64,000 bases of DNA from Bdellovibrionales bacterium (GTDB taxonomy: Bacteria > Bdellovibrionota > Bdellovibrionia > Bdellovibrionales > JAUICD01), in assembly GCA_965203275.1 (NCBI GenBank), contig OZ241865.1, forward strand, positions 480,001-544,000. Reading direction: 5' to 3'. Below are positions 28,268-39,397 of this stretch, one piece after another (position 1 is the first letter of the stretch; every line of letters begins with the position of its first letter). The position numbers and the translations under genes are program-made. The notes beneath the pieces were generated by a model. The model had not been told where the DNA came from. It ran no database searches and saw only the letters and a program-made list of their open reading frames with translations.

Positions 28268-29092
28268 CCTCTGGCTACTTTTGGACATTGCTCTTTTTGG
28301 ACAGCGATAGCTGTCAGAGCAATGCCCAAAAACACACCAGAGGTGTGGCTCATTTTGAGTGAAATGTTAAGGAAAAAGTTCCTTTTTTTGTTTTTTTTAT
28401 TCTCTTTTAGATTCTGCGTAACTCTCAAAAAAAAAGTAATTAAGAGGAGGATGGGGGCAGAGGGAGACTGGAGATCTTCCGCAAATTGAGCTTGCTCCTC
28501 AAAACATTCTAGAAGCATATCTTGTTTCCCTAACATGGTGTTAGAAGCAAGGAGATCCGCCCTACTCAAAATGCATAGATTTTTGAGGCAATGACCATTT
28601 TGTCAAAGGCGAAAGCCTTTGCGGTCATTGCCCAAAAACATGCCAGAGGCATGATGTATTTTGAGTGAAAAAAATTGAGGACTTCGGAAGGCTCCCTCTG
28701 CCCTCATCCTCAAGTAAAAACAAAATGGAATAGCAGAATCAAAGGGTGGCGGGTGGGGTTAGGGGTTTGTTTCACTAAAAGTGGTCTGACCTCTGGTCAC
28801 TTTCTGGTTGCCAGCCGAAGGCTATTCGCCTTCTCAAATGCTGGCAACCTAGAAAGCCTGACCACTTTTAGTAGAAAGGATCTCTTCGTCTCTTGACTAC
28901 ATGTTAAGGAAAAAGTTCCCTCCTGACTGCCTGATGCCGGGTTGCCAGATTCCGGATCCCAGATCCCGGAAAAAGGATCCTTTCGTTTTTTGTTTTTTTT
29001 ATTATCTCTTAGATTCTGCGTAACTTTCAAAAAAAATATAAATGTTATGAGTGGAAGGCGGAGGCAGGCTGAAGGAGTTGTTTCACTAAAAT
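28237..29092. mobile_element. Structured repeat mosaic, locus 4 (two-tailed chimera 28249-28363; long hairpin 28410-28740 split by a core unit 28525-28670; minus unit 28769-28912; heptamers; half long-hairpin)
   Basis: Module identity with the other loci; lies between convergent mrp and acnA and overlaps both stop codons. Confidence 0.85.
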
Positions 29093-31737
29093 GAATGTAA
29101 AACAAAATGCAAAATACTACCACTCTTGTAATAGTTCATCTCTGTCTGAGAATCAATCCGACATATTGTTGAAACATTCCACACTCGACCACCTGCACTT
29201 TCCAAACGAACAATCACTTCTTGACTAGGTCTAAGATCATCTAACTGAATACTGACTTTTTCTTCCCCTGTAAGAGATAAATGCTCCTTCAACTCCTTCA
29301 ACTGCAAAGGTAAAACACCCATTCCAATCAAGTTAGATCTATGGATTCTTTCAAAGCTTTTTGCAATAACTGCTTTAACTCCTAAAAGCTTTGTGCCTTT
29401 TGCTGCCCAATCTCTGGAAGAACCCATTCCATAATTTTGACCTGCAAATACAACAAGCGGTATGTGCATCTTTTGATATTCCATAGCTGCATCAAAAATA
29501 TTAATAGATTCATGAGGCTGCAAGCTAGCATAACATTTTGTAAAACCACCTTCTATCCCTGGCACCATCATATTTCTTAAACGGATATTACCAAAAGTCC
29601 CCCTCATCATCACTTCATGGTTTCCTCTCCTAGCACCAAAAGAATTAAACTGCCACTCCTCCACACCACAGGCTTTCAAATATTCTGCTGCAGGTGAGTT
29701 TAAAGGGATAGCCCCTGCAGGAGAGATGTGATCTGTTGTCAGATGATCCCCTAAAATAGCTAAAATGCGAGCTTTCTCTATATTGCTACTACCTTGTCCT
29801 GGCTTTTGAATATCTTCAAAAAAAGGTGGCTTCTTAATATAAGTGCTTTGATTTTGCCACTCATAGCATATTTGATCCGATACGTGAAATTCCTGCCAAG
29901 CTTTTGAACCTTTAAAAACATCCTGATACTTTTCTTTAAACATCTGAGGTGTTAAAAACTGCTCTAAAATAGACTGAACTTCTTGTTGACAGGGCCATAT
30001 ATCTTTTAAGTAAACAGGCTGGCCTGATAAAGATTGTCCTAGTGGATCTTTATAAAGATTAACTTTCATAGAACCAGCTAGTGCATAAGCCACAACCAAA
30101 CAAGGAGATGCCAGATAGTTAAATTTTGTTTGTGGGTTGACTCGCCCTTCAAAATTGCGATTGCCTGAAAGCACAGAACACACAATCAAATGATTGTCTT
30201 TAATAGCTTGAGAGATAGAAGATGGTAAAGGACCAGAATTACCTATACATGTTGTACAACCATATCCTACAAGGTGAAAGCCACAAGCATTTAACTCCTT
30301 TTGTAAACCTGACTTTTCAAGATATTCTGTGACCACTTGAGATCCAGGGGCTAAGGATGTTTTGCAATGAGGTTTCATCTTAAGTCCAAGTCTATTGGCT
30401 TTTTGAGCCATTAAACCTGCTGCAATCATAACAGAAGGATTGGATGTGTTTGTACAGCTTGTAATAGCTGCAATCACAATATCACCATCTGAAACTTCAC
30501 TTTTTTTGTCTTGTGTTTTTGAAGGACGACTTTTCAAAGTTTGTTTTTTGAATTCAACTTCAAACTGATCTGCTGCATGCTCTAGTTCGATACGATCTTG
30601 TGGTCGAAAGGGTCCTGCAATCGAAGATTTTACATCTGAAATATCCAAATCAAGAGTTTCTGTAAATTCTGGATCGGAATCTCCTTCTATGTTCCACCAA
30701 AGTCCTTGAGCTTGTGCATACGTTTTCACTAGTTGTATTTGTTCTGAAGATCGTCCTGTTAGTTTGAGGTAATTTAAAGTTTCTTGATCGATAGGGAAAA
30801 AACCACAGGTAGCTCCATATTCAGGAGCCATATTTGCAATGGTTGCCCTATCAGCTAAAGACAAATGTTGTAAGCCATGTCCGTAAAACTCCACAAACTT
30901 TCCTACTACACCTAGCTTCCTCAACTGCTCTGTGATATAAAGCACAAGGTCTGTAGCCGTAGAGCCTTCTTTAAGAGTGCCTCTCAGACATACACCCACC
31001 ACTTGAGGGATGAGGATAGTAATAGGTTGCCCTAAGAGAGCAGCTTCAGCTTCAATACCTCCAACCCCCCAACCTAAAACAGAAAGTCCATTGATCATAG
31101 TGGTATGACTATCTGTTCCTACAAGGGTGTCAGGGTAGATCGTCTGATTTTGTTTATTGGTCCAAACCACTTGTGCTAAATATTCCAAATTGACTTGATG
31201 ACATATACCTGTTCCTGGAGGGACAACACGAAAGTTTTTAAAAGATTGTTGTCCCCATTTTAAAAACTCATAGCGTTCTTTATTGCGTTCAAACTCTTTT
31301 TGCACATTGAAGTCAAAAGCTTTTGAAGACGCAAATTGATCAACAGAGACAGAATGATCAATCACAAGATCAACAGGAATCAAAGGATTGATTTTTTCTG
31401 GATCTGCTTGAGACTTTTCTGCTAAAGCATCTCGCATAGTTGCCAGATCTACAATTGCAGGAACTCCTGTAAAGTCTTGCATGAGGACCCTTGTAGGATG
31501 ATAAGCAATAGAGTGTTTGATTGTTTTATGATCTGTCCAAGAAGCAAGAGCTTTAATATCTTCAAGAGTGACTGTGTGACCATCTTCAAACCGCAAAAGA
31601 TTTTCTAAAAGAATCTTCAAGCTCTTAGGCAAACGATCGACCTGCCCCCACTTCTGAGCTTGTTGAAGACTATAATAGTTATAATGAAGATGACCTATTT
31701 GTAAAGAGTCTGTTGTTTGTTTTAGATGATCAGCCAT
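29086..31737 (-). CDS. acnA: Aconitate hydratase A
   Basis: QDFTGVPA, GTDSHTTM, AAITSCTNTSNP, YGCTTCIGNSG, GSSRDWAAKG. Confidence 0.97.
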   Translation of the reverse strand: MADHLKQTTDSLQIGHLHYNYYSLQQAQKWGQVDRLPKSLKILLENLLRFEDGHTVTLEDIKALASWTDHKTIKHSIAYHPTRVLMQDFTGVPAIVDLATMRDALAEKSQADPEKINPLIPVDLVIDHSVSVDQFASSKAFDFNVQKEFERNKERYEFLKWGQQSFKNFRVVPPGTGICHQVNLEYLAQVVWTNKQNQTIYPDTLVGTDSHTTMINGLSVLGWGVGGIEAEAALLGQPITILIPQVVGVCLRGTLKEGSTATDLVLYITEQLRKLGVVGKFVEFYGHGLQHLSLADRATIANMAPEYGATCGFFPIDQETLNYLKLTGRSSEQIQLVKTYAQAQGLWWNIEGDSDPEFTETLDLDISDVKSSIAGPFRPQDRIELEHAADQFEVEFKKQTLKSRPSKTQDKKSEVSDGDIVIAAITSCTNTSNPSVMIAAGLMAQKANRLGLKMKPHCKTSLAPGSQVVTEYLEKSGLQKELNACGFHLVGYGCTTCIGNSGPLPSSISQAIKDNHLIVCSVLSGNRNFEGRVNPQTKFNYLASPCLVVAYALAGSMKVNLYKDPLGQSLSGQPVYLKDIWPCQQEVQSILEQFLTPQMFKEKYQDVFKGSKAWQEFHVSDQICYEWQNQSTYIKKPPFFEDIQKPGQGSSNIEKARILAILGDHLTTDHISPAGAIPLNSPAAEYLKACGVEEWQFNSFGARRGNHEVMMRGTFGNIRLRNMMVPGIEGGFTKCYASLQPHESINIFDAAMEYQKMHIPLVVFAGQNYGMGSSRDWAAKGTKLLGVKAVIAKSFERIHRSNLIGMGVLPLQLKELKEHLSLTGEEKVSIQLDDLRPSQEVIVRLESAGGRVWNVSTICRIDSQTEMNYYKSGSILHFVLHSF

Positions 31738-31859
31738 GATTTTCCTTTCATAACATTATATACACAATAAAGCTTGTGTCTGTCCTGGTCTTTTATGATT
31801 ATATGATAATTTAAAAATCTATAAAGGTCAATAGTTCTTCTTTTCATCTCTAAAAGTCT

Positions 31860-32360
31860 TTAAGGGAGATACTTTTGAGGATCAATAGGTTTTTTATTTT
31901 TTCTGAGTTCAAAATGAAGGTGAGGACCTGATGTCCTACCTGTCATGCCTATTGTTCCAATAGAAGAACCTCTTTGGATCAAGGCACCTTCTTTTACAAA
32001 GATACGATCAAGATGAGCATAAAATGTAGACCAACCCTGTCCACTATCTATAATCACCAAACGACCATACCCTCTGTAATCATTGCCAGCATAGACCACA
32101 TATCCTTCATGTGCTGATAACACATCTCTATGCATAGAGGCTACCAGATCAATACCATAATGATCATTTCTGTAAGAGAACCCCCTTGAAATACGTGATT
32201 TGAGATGATGAGATTTGGAATTTAAAGGCCACGATAACAAAAGACTTCTGCTTTGGACTGAACTACAACTTGATAAAAAAAATAAACCCAAAACAGACAT
32301 GAAAATACTTGTTTGAAATAAATAACACTTGATGCTATAAATTAAGGCATGAGAGAGCAT
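31860..32360 (-). CDS. M23 family peptidase (lipoprotein)
   Basis: HYGID, YAHL, GRTSGPHLHFE; LSSC lipobox. Confidence 0.9.
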   Translation of the reverse strand: MLSHALIYSIKCYLFQTSIFMSVLGLFFLSSCSSVQSRSLLLSWPLNSKSHHLKSRISRGFSYRNDHYGIDLVASMHRDVLSAHEGYVVYAGNDYRGYGRLVIIDSGQGWSTFYAHLDRIFVKEGALIQRGSSIGTIGMTGRTSGPHLHFELRKNKKPIDPQKYLP

Positions 32361-33364
32361 TATTCCCCTATTTTTACAATAATTCTTCCGTATGTTTCCC
32401 TATTCAACATTTTTTGAAACACAAAGTTTAAATCTTCTAATGTGATTTCTTCGGTGAGAATTTCTTTTAAATGATGAAACTTCCATTTTCCGCCTATATT
32501 TTGCCAAATGGCCTGCCGATCAGCTAAAGAACAATTATTTGAACTAATACCTAAAAGGCTAACTCCTCTTAAAATAAAAGGCATCACAGTGGTTGCAAAA
32601 GAGGGCGAAAGGGCTAGCCCTACAGAGGCTATATTCCCCCAGGGCATAATATGTGGCAATAATCCTTCTAAAACCTTCCCTCCTACATTATCAATAACAC
32701 CTCCAAAGAGTCCTTGACCTAGAGGACGTTTTTTTAAAGGCAGATCTTTAAAATCAAAGACTTTTGTAGCCCCTAAAGATTTTAAAAAATTGTGTTTATC
32801 TTTTTTGCCTGTCATTGCCCACACTTCATAGCCTAAATGAGAAAATAAATCAATAGCAAGGCACCCTACACCTCCCGTTGCTCCAGTGATCAAAATAGGA
32901 CCTTTGTTGACATCTTGAGCATTTTTGAGCATACGAAATAAACAAAGGGCTGCAGTAAACCCTGCTGTGCCAATGATCATAGACTCTTTAAGAGTTAAAT
33001 CCTTTGGCTTGTGAATAACATCATCACAATGGGCATTGACCTGTTGACAATAACCTCCATCATTGAACTCACTTAAATGACAACCATGTAATAAAACCTC
33101 CTGACCTTTTTGAAAGGCATTACTAGAGCTTGACAACACTATGCCTGCACAATCAACCCCTCCATTTAAAGGGTATTTTTTTAAAATAGGAGAGACAGCT
33201 AGACCTGCTAAAGCATCCTTGTAGTTGACGCTTGAATATTTCACTTGGATTTGCATATCGCCTGGTGTGAGTGAAGATACAGGTATACGAGTTAAACGCC
33301 CTTTTTGACTATGGGCATGTATTCTATAGCAAAGGACTTCGGGATCAGAATTGTTGGATTTCAT
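32360..33364 (-). CDS. YhdH/AcuI family quinone oxidoreductase / acryloyl-CoA reductase
   Basis: YSSVNYKDAL, GTAGFTAA, TGATGGVG, PFILRGVSLLGI. Confidence 0.9.
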   Translation of the reverse strand: MKSNNSDPEVLCYRIHAHSQKGRLTRIPVSSLTPGDMQIQVKYSSVNYKDALAGLAVSPILKKYPLNGGVDCAGIVLSSSSNAFQKGQEVLLHGCHLSEFNDGGYCQQVNAHCDDVIHKPKDLTLKESMIIGTAGFTAALCLFRMLKNAQDVNKGPILITGATGGVGCLAIDLFSHLGYEVWAMTGKKDKHNFLKSLGATKVFDFKDLPLKKRPLGQGLFGGVIDNVGGKVLEGLLPHIMPWGNIASVGLALSPSFATTVMPFILRGVSLLGISSNNCSLADRQAIWQNIGGKWKFHHLKEILTEEITLEDLNFVFQKMLNRETYGRIIVKIGE

Positions 33365-33446
33365 TATTTTGCCTCATATTAATACACTTTTTTTATTCAT
33401 AAGTCCAGCTTTTAAGTCTATTCAAAGAATAGCCGATAAGTAAATT

Positions 33447-34820
33447 ATGTCAATAGAGAATTATTTAACCCCTTATTTTAAGATACCAGAACAAAAAGTC
33501 GCAGAATGGAAAATATCTGCTACAAAGGCCGATGAATCTTTAATTTTTTGGATTTTGAAAAATAAAAAAATTAACTCTGACGTATATGGTGAATGGGCTT
33601 TTAAAAAATATAAACTGCCTAGGCTCAAAGTCAGTTTTTTTCATAAACACAAGGTAGATGAAGCTATTTTAAAAAAATATCATGGTTTTTGGCCTGAACA
33701 TGTTCTACCTATTAAAGAATGGAAGGGTGTGCTTTATTTAGCTTGCTTAGAACCCATCCATAGCTTAGATTTACCACAAGAATATCAATGGATATTGGTT
33801 CCTATTGAGGGTATCCTCTTATGGAAACAAAAAACTCACATCAATCAAAAAGATATGACACGCTCAATAAGCCTTTCACAGTTATCTTATCCAGGATTAG
33901 CAAAAACAGAAACATTAAAAAACTTTCCACATTCTCGAGAAATAACCAAAACTGAAGAATTAAAAGATTCTCAGAAAAAACAACCTGCTCAAACAGGTTT
34001 AGAAAATGTTCATTTTGGTCACATTCATTTGCCAGTACAAAAAACCTCTAAAGAAAAAACCACACCCGTTAGAAAATCAGAAAGCACACAAGATGTACAT
34101 CAGATGAAAAAACCAGCTATAGCTTCCTCCCTCTTAAAGACTTCCAACAAAACACCATCTCCCTTACCTAAAGTGTCTCATTCATCTCAAATGAAGACTC
34201 AAACCCAAATAAAAACAACAGAATCTAAAATATCTCCTGTTGTACCGAGTATTTCATCTATTAAGAAAAAAACATCTCCTTTACATATAACACCTCCGTC
34301 TTCTATTCAAAAAAAAACATCACTGATCTCTACCTCACCTCCACAAAAGGGGCCTATTCAAAGCAATGAACTTAAAAATCAAGAGCATGAAAAAATTTAT
34401 AAAGACATTCTCAATCATATAAATACTTTTTTTGATAGAAGCATGCTTCTTCTTTTAAAAAATAATGTGTTAAAGCCTTGGAAATGGGATCAATCATGGC
34501 TCAAACAACCATCAACCCATAATGTGATCTTGTTAAACAAGCCTAGTGTTTTCCGTATTGTCTATAAGACAAAACAAAAATACCATGGCTATGTTGTTCC
34601 CAACCCTGTGAATGATACTTTTTTTCAAATTTGGAATGAAGGAAAATATCCAGAACATCTCACTTTATTACCTCTGCTCAATGAAGACAAAAAAATCAAA
34701 GGGATGCTCTTAGGGATGACCTCTAAAGTAAAAGGTCAGTCTATTTTGTTAGATAAATTAGATATTTTAGCCATAGATATATCTGAAAAAATCAACAATT
34801 CTCGTTTGTTTCCCCTCTAA
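33447..34820 (+). CDS. Hypothetical protein (GspE-N-like N-terminus, low-complexity linker, GAF-like C-terminus)
   Basis: 457-aa ORF; domain labels are tentative pattern impressions. Confidence 0.55.
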   Translation: MSIENYLTPYFKIPEQKVAEWKISATKADESLIFWILKNKKINSDVYGEWAFKKYKLPRLKVSFFHKHKVDEAILKKYHGFWPEHVLPIKEWKGVLYLACLEPIHSLDLPQEYQWILVPIEGILLWKQKTHINQKDMTRSISLSQLSYPGLAKTETLKNFPHSREITKTEELKDSQKKQPAQTGLENVHFGHIHLPVQKTSKEKTTPVRKSESTQDVHQMKKPAIASSLLKTSNKTPSPLPKVSHSSQMKTQTQIKTTESKISPVVPSISSIKKKTSPLHITPPSSIQKKTSLISTSPPQKGPIQSNELKNQEHEKIYKDILNHINTFFDRSMLLLLKNNVLKPWKWDQSWLKQPSTHNVILLNKPSVFRIVYKTKQKYHGYVVPNPVNDTFFQIWNEGKYPEHLTLLPLLNEDKKIKGMLLGMTSKVKGQSILLDKLDILAIDISEKINNSRLFPL

Positions 34821-34955
34821 TTTTGGCATTTTATTGGCCCCATCCACATATTTGATCAAATAAAATCCTTCTGTAAAACCCAGAATCTCTAAAAAAATAA
34901 TATAAACACTTGACTTAAGGTACAAATAGATGTTGAGTCAAAATGATGGGGATGT

Positions 34956-35525
34956 ATGGGGATGAAATGGAGCAAAGAACAAATTAAAAGAATGGTCGCA
35001 AGTGTCTTTAATGATCTTAAGGCGAATCATATTGTAACCTTCAAGGTGGCTGAAGATAGGGTCTTGACACAGGCTATGGGATATATTATAGCTGATCAAG
35101 AAAAAGACAAAGCCATTGACAAAGAAGCTCGAAGGATACTAGAAGATTTAGAGAGTAAAAGCAATGAGTCCATTGATAGACATAAGCTCTTTGAGATGAT
35201 CAAAAAGAAGCTTATTGCTCAACAAAACAGACCTGATACCTGGAAGGCAAAAGGTGGGGTCGTTGCAGAAGTGCCTATACATTTTGCTCATCTGATCATA
35301 GATGGGGTTTGGGAGGATGATCTGGTGGATTACGATGATGACGGTCGGGCCCTTAAAGTGGCTAAGCAAGCTGTAGATAGATTTTTAAAAGAATTTGAAC
35401 TTCTCAATGATCAGGTCAGGCATAAAATTCAATCTATTAAGCGGACTATTCTTGAAGGTAGTGAGGAATGGAAAGCTCTTTATGATAGATTTTACAAAGA
35501 AGAATTAGTCCGACGAGGTTTATGA
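34956..35525 (+). CDS. DUF507 family protein (two tandem copies)
   Basis: D..AR..L....D..KLF.MIKKKL and VR.KI.S.KR.I.EGS.EW..LY.RFY.EEL. Confidence 0.75.
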   Translation: MGMKWSKEQIKRMVASVFNDLKANHIVTFKVAEDRVLTQAMGYIIADQEKDKAIDKEARRILEDLESKSNESIDRHKLFEMIKKKLIAQQNRPDTWKAKGGVVAEVPIHFAHLIIDGVWEDDLVDYDDDGRALKVAKQAVDRFLKEFELLNDQVRHKIQSIKRTILEGSEEWKALYDRFYKEELVRRGL

Positions 35526-35585
35526 ATGTATTGGGATTAAATTTTATTTGCATTGTTTAAGAACAATAATAAGATAGAGGTTTTT

Positions 35586-37070
35586 ATGAGAATTTTAAAA
35601 TATATAGCTTTTGTTTTAACTTTAATAATGGGAATAAATCAAGAACTTCAGGCTGCTGCTGTTTTAGAACTCAATGGCCAATATTCCTTAGAAGGTGTTT
35701 GGATGAGAAACTCCCGCTTAGATGGCAGTTCAGGGAAGTTTTATTTTTTAAACCAGCTACGACTTAAGCCAGAGATTAAAGTAAAAGATGGACTTTCTGT
35801 CCATGGTCGTTTTGACATGCTGACAAATCCTTGGAGTCATACGTTCCAATACAAAGCAGGAAGCTTTTGGGGAATGGATAAAATATCACGAGGTTCTTCT
35901 CTGCAATCCTTTATTGACCTTGGAGTAGATGTGACTCACTTGTACTTTAGTTGGAGCAATGAGTTTGTCAAGCTGATGGGCGGTCGATTACCACTGGATT
36001 TTGGAGCAGGTCTTTTATTTGATGCAGGTGACGAACATTTAGATCATTTTGCGGATCACATAGATGGTATAGGTGTTGAGTTTAAGGCAGGCAATCTTTC
36101 TATCCGTCCAATATTTGGTGTACTCTCTAAAGGCCTTTATGGAACATCTAACGTCTATCGGTATTTAATTAATTTACAATATGAGCTAGTAGACTCAAAA
36201 TTATTATTTGATTTTATAGGTGTGATCACAGATGGACGAAGTGGCTCTAAACCTATGGTTTATGGTCCGCTGGTTCCTCTCTCTCTAAGAGATACATTTA
36301 TTCAAGATAAATACTTAGGGACATCTCCTCCTCCTCCTCCTCCTCAAACAGATTTAGCCCTTACAAGTTTAAACGACCACTGGTCGACCTACCATCTAGG
36401 AACATTTGTAAAAAAAGACTTTTCTATTGGCACTGTCAAGTTAGAAGTAGATTTTGTTTTAGGTCGAGATACAGGTATTCCTGTTGACTCACAGGGCAAT
36501 GCCTTAGCTGTGTCTGGTTATGGTGCCATAGCAGAGTTTATGACTCACCCTGGATCATGGCAGTGGGGCTTTAAGGCAGGTTATCTTTCAGGAGACGACC
36601 CAGAGACGACAGACAAATACGAGGGTTTTATTGCTCATCGCAACTATCCTGTAGGTATGTTAATGTTTAACCATGCTATTGGTCATCAAGATACCATTGG
36701 AGGTTCTTATCGTGTCCACCCTCCTACAGCAAATGAGTCTCAAAGTTATCAACAAAGTAATAATAGGAATAATTTGCCTGATATGGAATATTTAACCAAT
36801 GCTTTTTTTATTGCTCCTCATCTCACAAAGTCTCTTTTTAAAAATGGATATTTAACTACAGATGTGATCTGGGCTATGTTACCTGTGCCTTCACAGGGGA
36901 CAGATGCTAGAAACTTAGGATTTGAAATAGATCTAGGATTTATGTATAAAAGTAGCCAATATTTGACCTTAGGTCTTGAAACAGGATGGCTTTTCCCTGG
37001 TTCTGGCTTTATAGGGGATTCTCGGAGAATGGTCTATGGAGTTCAAGCAAATGCTATTATTTCCTTTTAA
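35586..37070 (+). CDS. Outer-membrane beta-barrel protein (alginate-export-like)
   Basis: Signal peptide, amphipathic strands, LSGDD, NLGFEIDL, C-terminal Phe; poly-Pro insert. Confidence 0.7.
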   Translation: MRILKYIAFVLTLIMGINQELQAAAVLELNGQYSLEGVWMRNSRLDGSSGKFYFLNQLRLKPEIKVKDGLSVHGRFDMLTNPWSHTFQYKAGSFWGMDKISRGSSLQSFIDLGVDVTHLYFSWSNEFVKLMGGRLPLDFGAGLLFDAGDEHLDHFADHIDGIGVEFKAGNLSIRPIFGVLSKGLYGTSNVYRYLINLQYELVDSKLLFDFIGVITDGRSGSKPMVYGPLVPLSLRDTFIQDKYLGTSPPPPPPQTDLALTSLNDHWSTYHLGTFVKKDFSIGTVKLEVDFVLGRDTGIPVDSQGNALAVSGYGAIAEFMTHPGSWQWGFKAGYLSGDDPETTDKYEGFIAHRNYPVGMLMFNHAIGHQDTIGGSYRVHPPTANESQSYQQSNNRNNLPDMEYLTNAFFIAPHLTKSLFKNGYLTTDVIWAMLPVPSQGTDARNLGFEIDLGFMYKSSQYLTLGLETGWLFPGSGFIGDSRRMVYGVQANAIISF

Positions 37071-37510
37071 ATTTTAGTTATTTATAACATTGTAGGTAAA
37101 TATATATTTCAGTTAAAAAGGCTTGATCTTAAAAAAATTACTTAATTTTTTTTTATTTAAAATAAAAAGTTTGACTTTTTACGAAAAAAGTATGAAGATA
37201 ATATATAAGCCACTAAAATATAACTCTTACCTTGTAAATGATTTTCCTGTAAACCGATCTCGCAAAAAACAAAGAAAGAATAATATTTTTATTTAAAGTA
37301 TACCATGTAAAAACCTGATAAGAATAAATCAATCCAATTATTCAAGAGTTTCTGTGTCTTAATAAAAGACACAAGAATAATAAAAAATATTTATTCTTTA
37401 ATAGAGTGTTAAGGAATAAGAAGATGTTCTCTATTTCTATTTAATTAAAGCGATCAGAAATGAGAGCATTTTGAATAAAACATACAAATAAACGAAAGGA
37501 GTCAATTATT

Positions 37511-39187
37511 GTGTCAGATTCTTATAAAGTAGAATCATCTACAACAGAAGCAAGAGCTAGTCGGTCATCAGAAAGAACAGAAGATAAGCGATCAGAATAT
37601 TCTTATCGAGATAGAGATCGAGATAATTATCGGGATCGAGATAGAGATCGGGATCGAGATAATTATCGGGATCGGGATCGGGATAATTATCGAGATAGAG
37701 ATCGGGATCGAGATAATTATCGGGGGCGTCGAGCTACAGGAGGGTATCGTAATTATAGACAGACAACCGGTGGACGACGACCATCTAACAACAATGACCA
37801 CACAAATCATAGAAGATCTTATCGCAGATTTGAAAGCTATAATCAAGGAGGGGATGATGTTGATGCTGGTCTCAACACAGAGCTAACAGAAGACCAGATA
37901 GAAAAAATTAAAAACTCTTTAACTGATGAAGAAAAAAAATCTCTTAATTCTAAAGATCTTAAATCTAAAAAAATTGAAGCCCTCACGAACCTTGCCATTA
38001 AGCTACAAATAGAGCATGCAGCAGGCTTCCGTCGTCAAGATTTGGTTTTTGAAGTTCTTAAACGAGCTGCTAAATTTGGTGATATTTTTGGTAATGGTAT
38101 TTTGGAGATATTGCCTGATAGTTATGGATTTTTACGTTCCCCAGATTATAATTATTTGCCTGGGCCAGATGATATCTATGTCAGTCCATCTCAAATCAGA
38201 CGTTTTGGTTTGAGGACAGGTGACACAATTGCAGGGACAGTCCGTCCACCTAAAGATAATGAAAATTACTTTGCACTCTTAAAAGTAGACACTCTTAATA
38301 AAGAACCTTTAGAGCAGTTTAAAGATAAAATTTTGTTTGATAATTTAACACCTCTTTATCCTGATGCAAGGCTTAATCTAGAACATAATCCCACCAACCT
38401 CACCACTCGTGTTGTGGATATGATGTCCCCATTAGGTAAAGGACAGAGAGCTTTGATTGTAGCCCCTCCTAGGACGGGCAAAACTGTTTTATTACAAGAT
38501 ATTGCCAATGCTATTTCTATTAACCAGCCAGAAGCTTTTTTGATTGTTTTGTTAATTGATGAAAGACCAGAAGAAGTTACAGACATGTCGCGCAGTGTAA
38601 AAGGAGAAGTGATCAGCTCTACATTTGATGAACCTCCTGGAAGGCATATCCAAGTGGCAGAGATGGTTTTAGAAAAAGCTAAAAGGCTTGTCGAACATAA
38701 ACATGATGTTGTGATCTTGTTAGATTCCATCACTCGTTTGGCAAGGGCTTACAATACAGTTGTGCCAGCATCAGGTAAGATTTTATCTGGAGGTGTGGAT
38801 TCGAATGCTCTGCATAAACCAAAAAGATTTTTTGGAGCAGCTCGAAATATTGAAGAAGGGGGAAGCTTGACTATTATAGCCACAGCCTTGATTGATACAG
38901 GGTCACGTATGGATGAACTGATCTTTGAGGAATTTAAAGGAACAGGTAATGCAGAAATTCACCTTGATCGTAAGTTAATGGAAAAGCGAATTTTCCCATG
39001 CATAGATATCAATAAATCTGGTACTCGCAAAGAAGATCTTCTTTTAGATAACAATTTATTGCAAAAGCTTTGGATTTTAAGAAAGGTTCTTGCTCCTATG
39101 AATGTGGTAGACAGCATAGAATTTCTATTGAAAAAGCTCAAAGTCACTAAGAGTAATGAAGATTTTATTGCCAGCATGAACAATTAA
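37511..39187 (+). CDS. rho: Transcription termination factor Rho with Arg/Asp low-complexity N-terminal extension
   Basis: [64 protein letters not shown] before GTG. Confidence 0.97.
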   Translation: MSDSYKVESSTTEARASRSSERTEDKRSEYSYRDRDRDNYRDRDRDRDRDNYRDRDRDNYRDRDRDRDNYRGRRATGGYRNYRQTTGGRRPSNNNDHTNHRRSYRRFESYNQGGDDVDAGLNTELTEDQIEKIKNSLTDEEKKSLNSKDLKSKKIEALTNLAIKLQIEHAAGFRRQDLVFEVLKRAAKFGDIFGNGILEILPDSYGFLRSPDYNYLPGPDDIYVSPSQIRRFGLRTGDTIAGTVRPPKDNENYFALLKVDTLNKEPLEQFKDKILFDNLTPLYPDARLNLEHNPTNLTTRVVDMMSPLGKGQRALIVAPPRTGKTVLLQDIANAISINQPEAFLIVLLIDERPEEVTDMSRSVKGEVISSTFDEPPGRHIQVAEMVLEKAKRLVEHKHDVVILLDSITRLARAYNTVVPASGKILSGGVDSNALHKPKRFFGAARNIEEGGSLTIIATALIDTGSRMDELIFEEFKGTGNAEIHLDRKLMEKRIFPCIDINKSGTRKEDLLLDNNLLQKLWILRKVLAPMNVVDSIEFLLKKLKVTKSNEDFIASMNN

Positions 39188-39397
39188 GATAATGACACTG
39201 TTTCATAAAGCTTTTTAATCCTCATGCCCTTCAATTTAAAATATTCAATAAAAATGCCATAGACTTAAGATTTGTTTTATCTGTATATTTCTTTTACCTT
39301 AACAAAATTTTAGATAAAAAATGGTCTATAAAAAGACTTTAGTCAAAATAGTTTTTTCTTTTTACTTTCCGATAAATATATAAGGAAAGGTTACAAA

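Noticed and set aside
37171..37380. rho promoter (TTGACT) and leader hairpin tgtgtctt/aagacaca
   Set aside because: No good -10 at canonical spacing, and the single hairpin is too weak to call a regulatory RNA.
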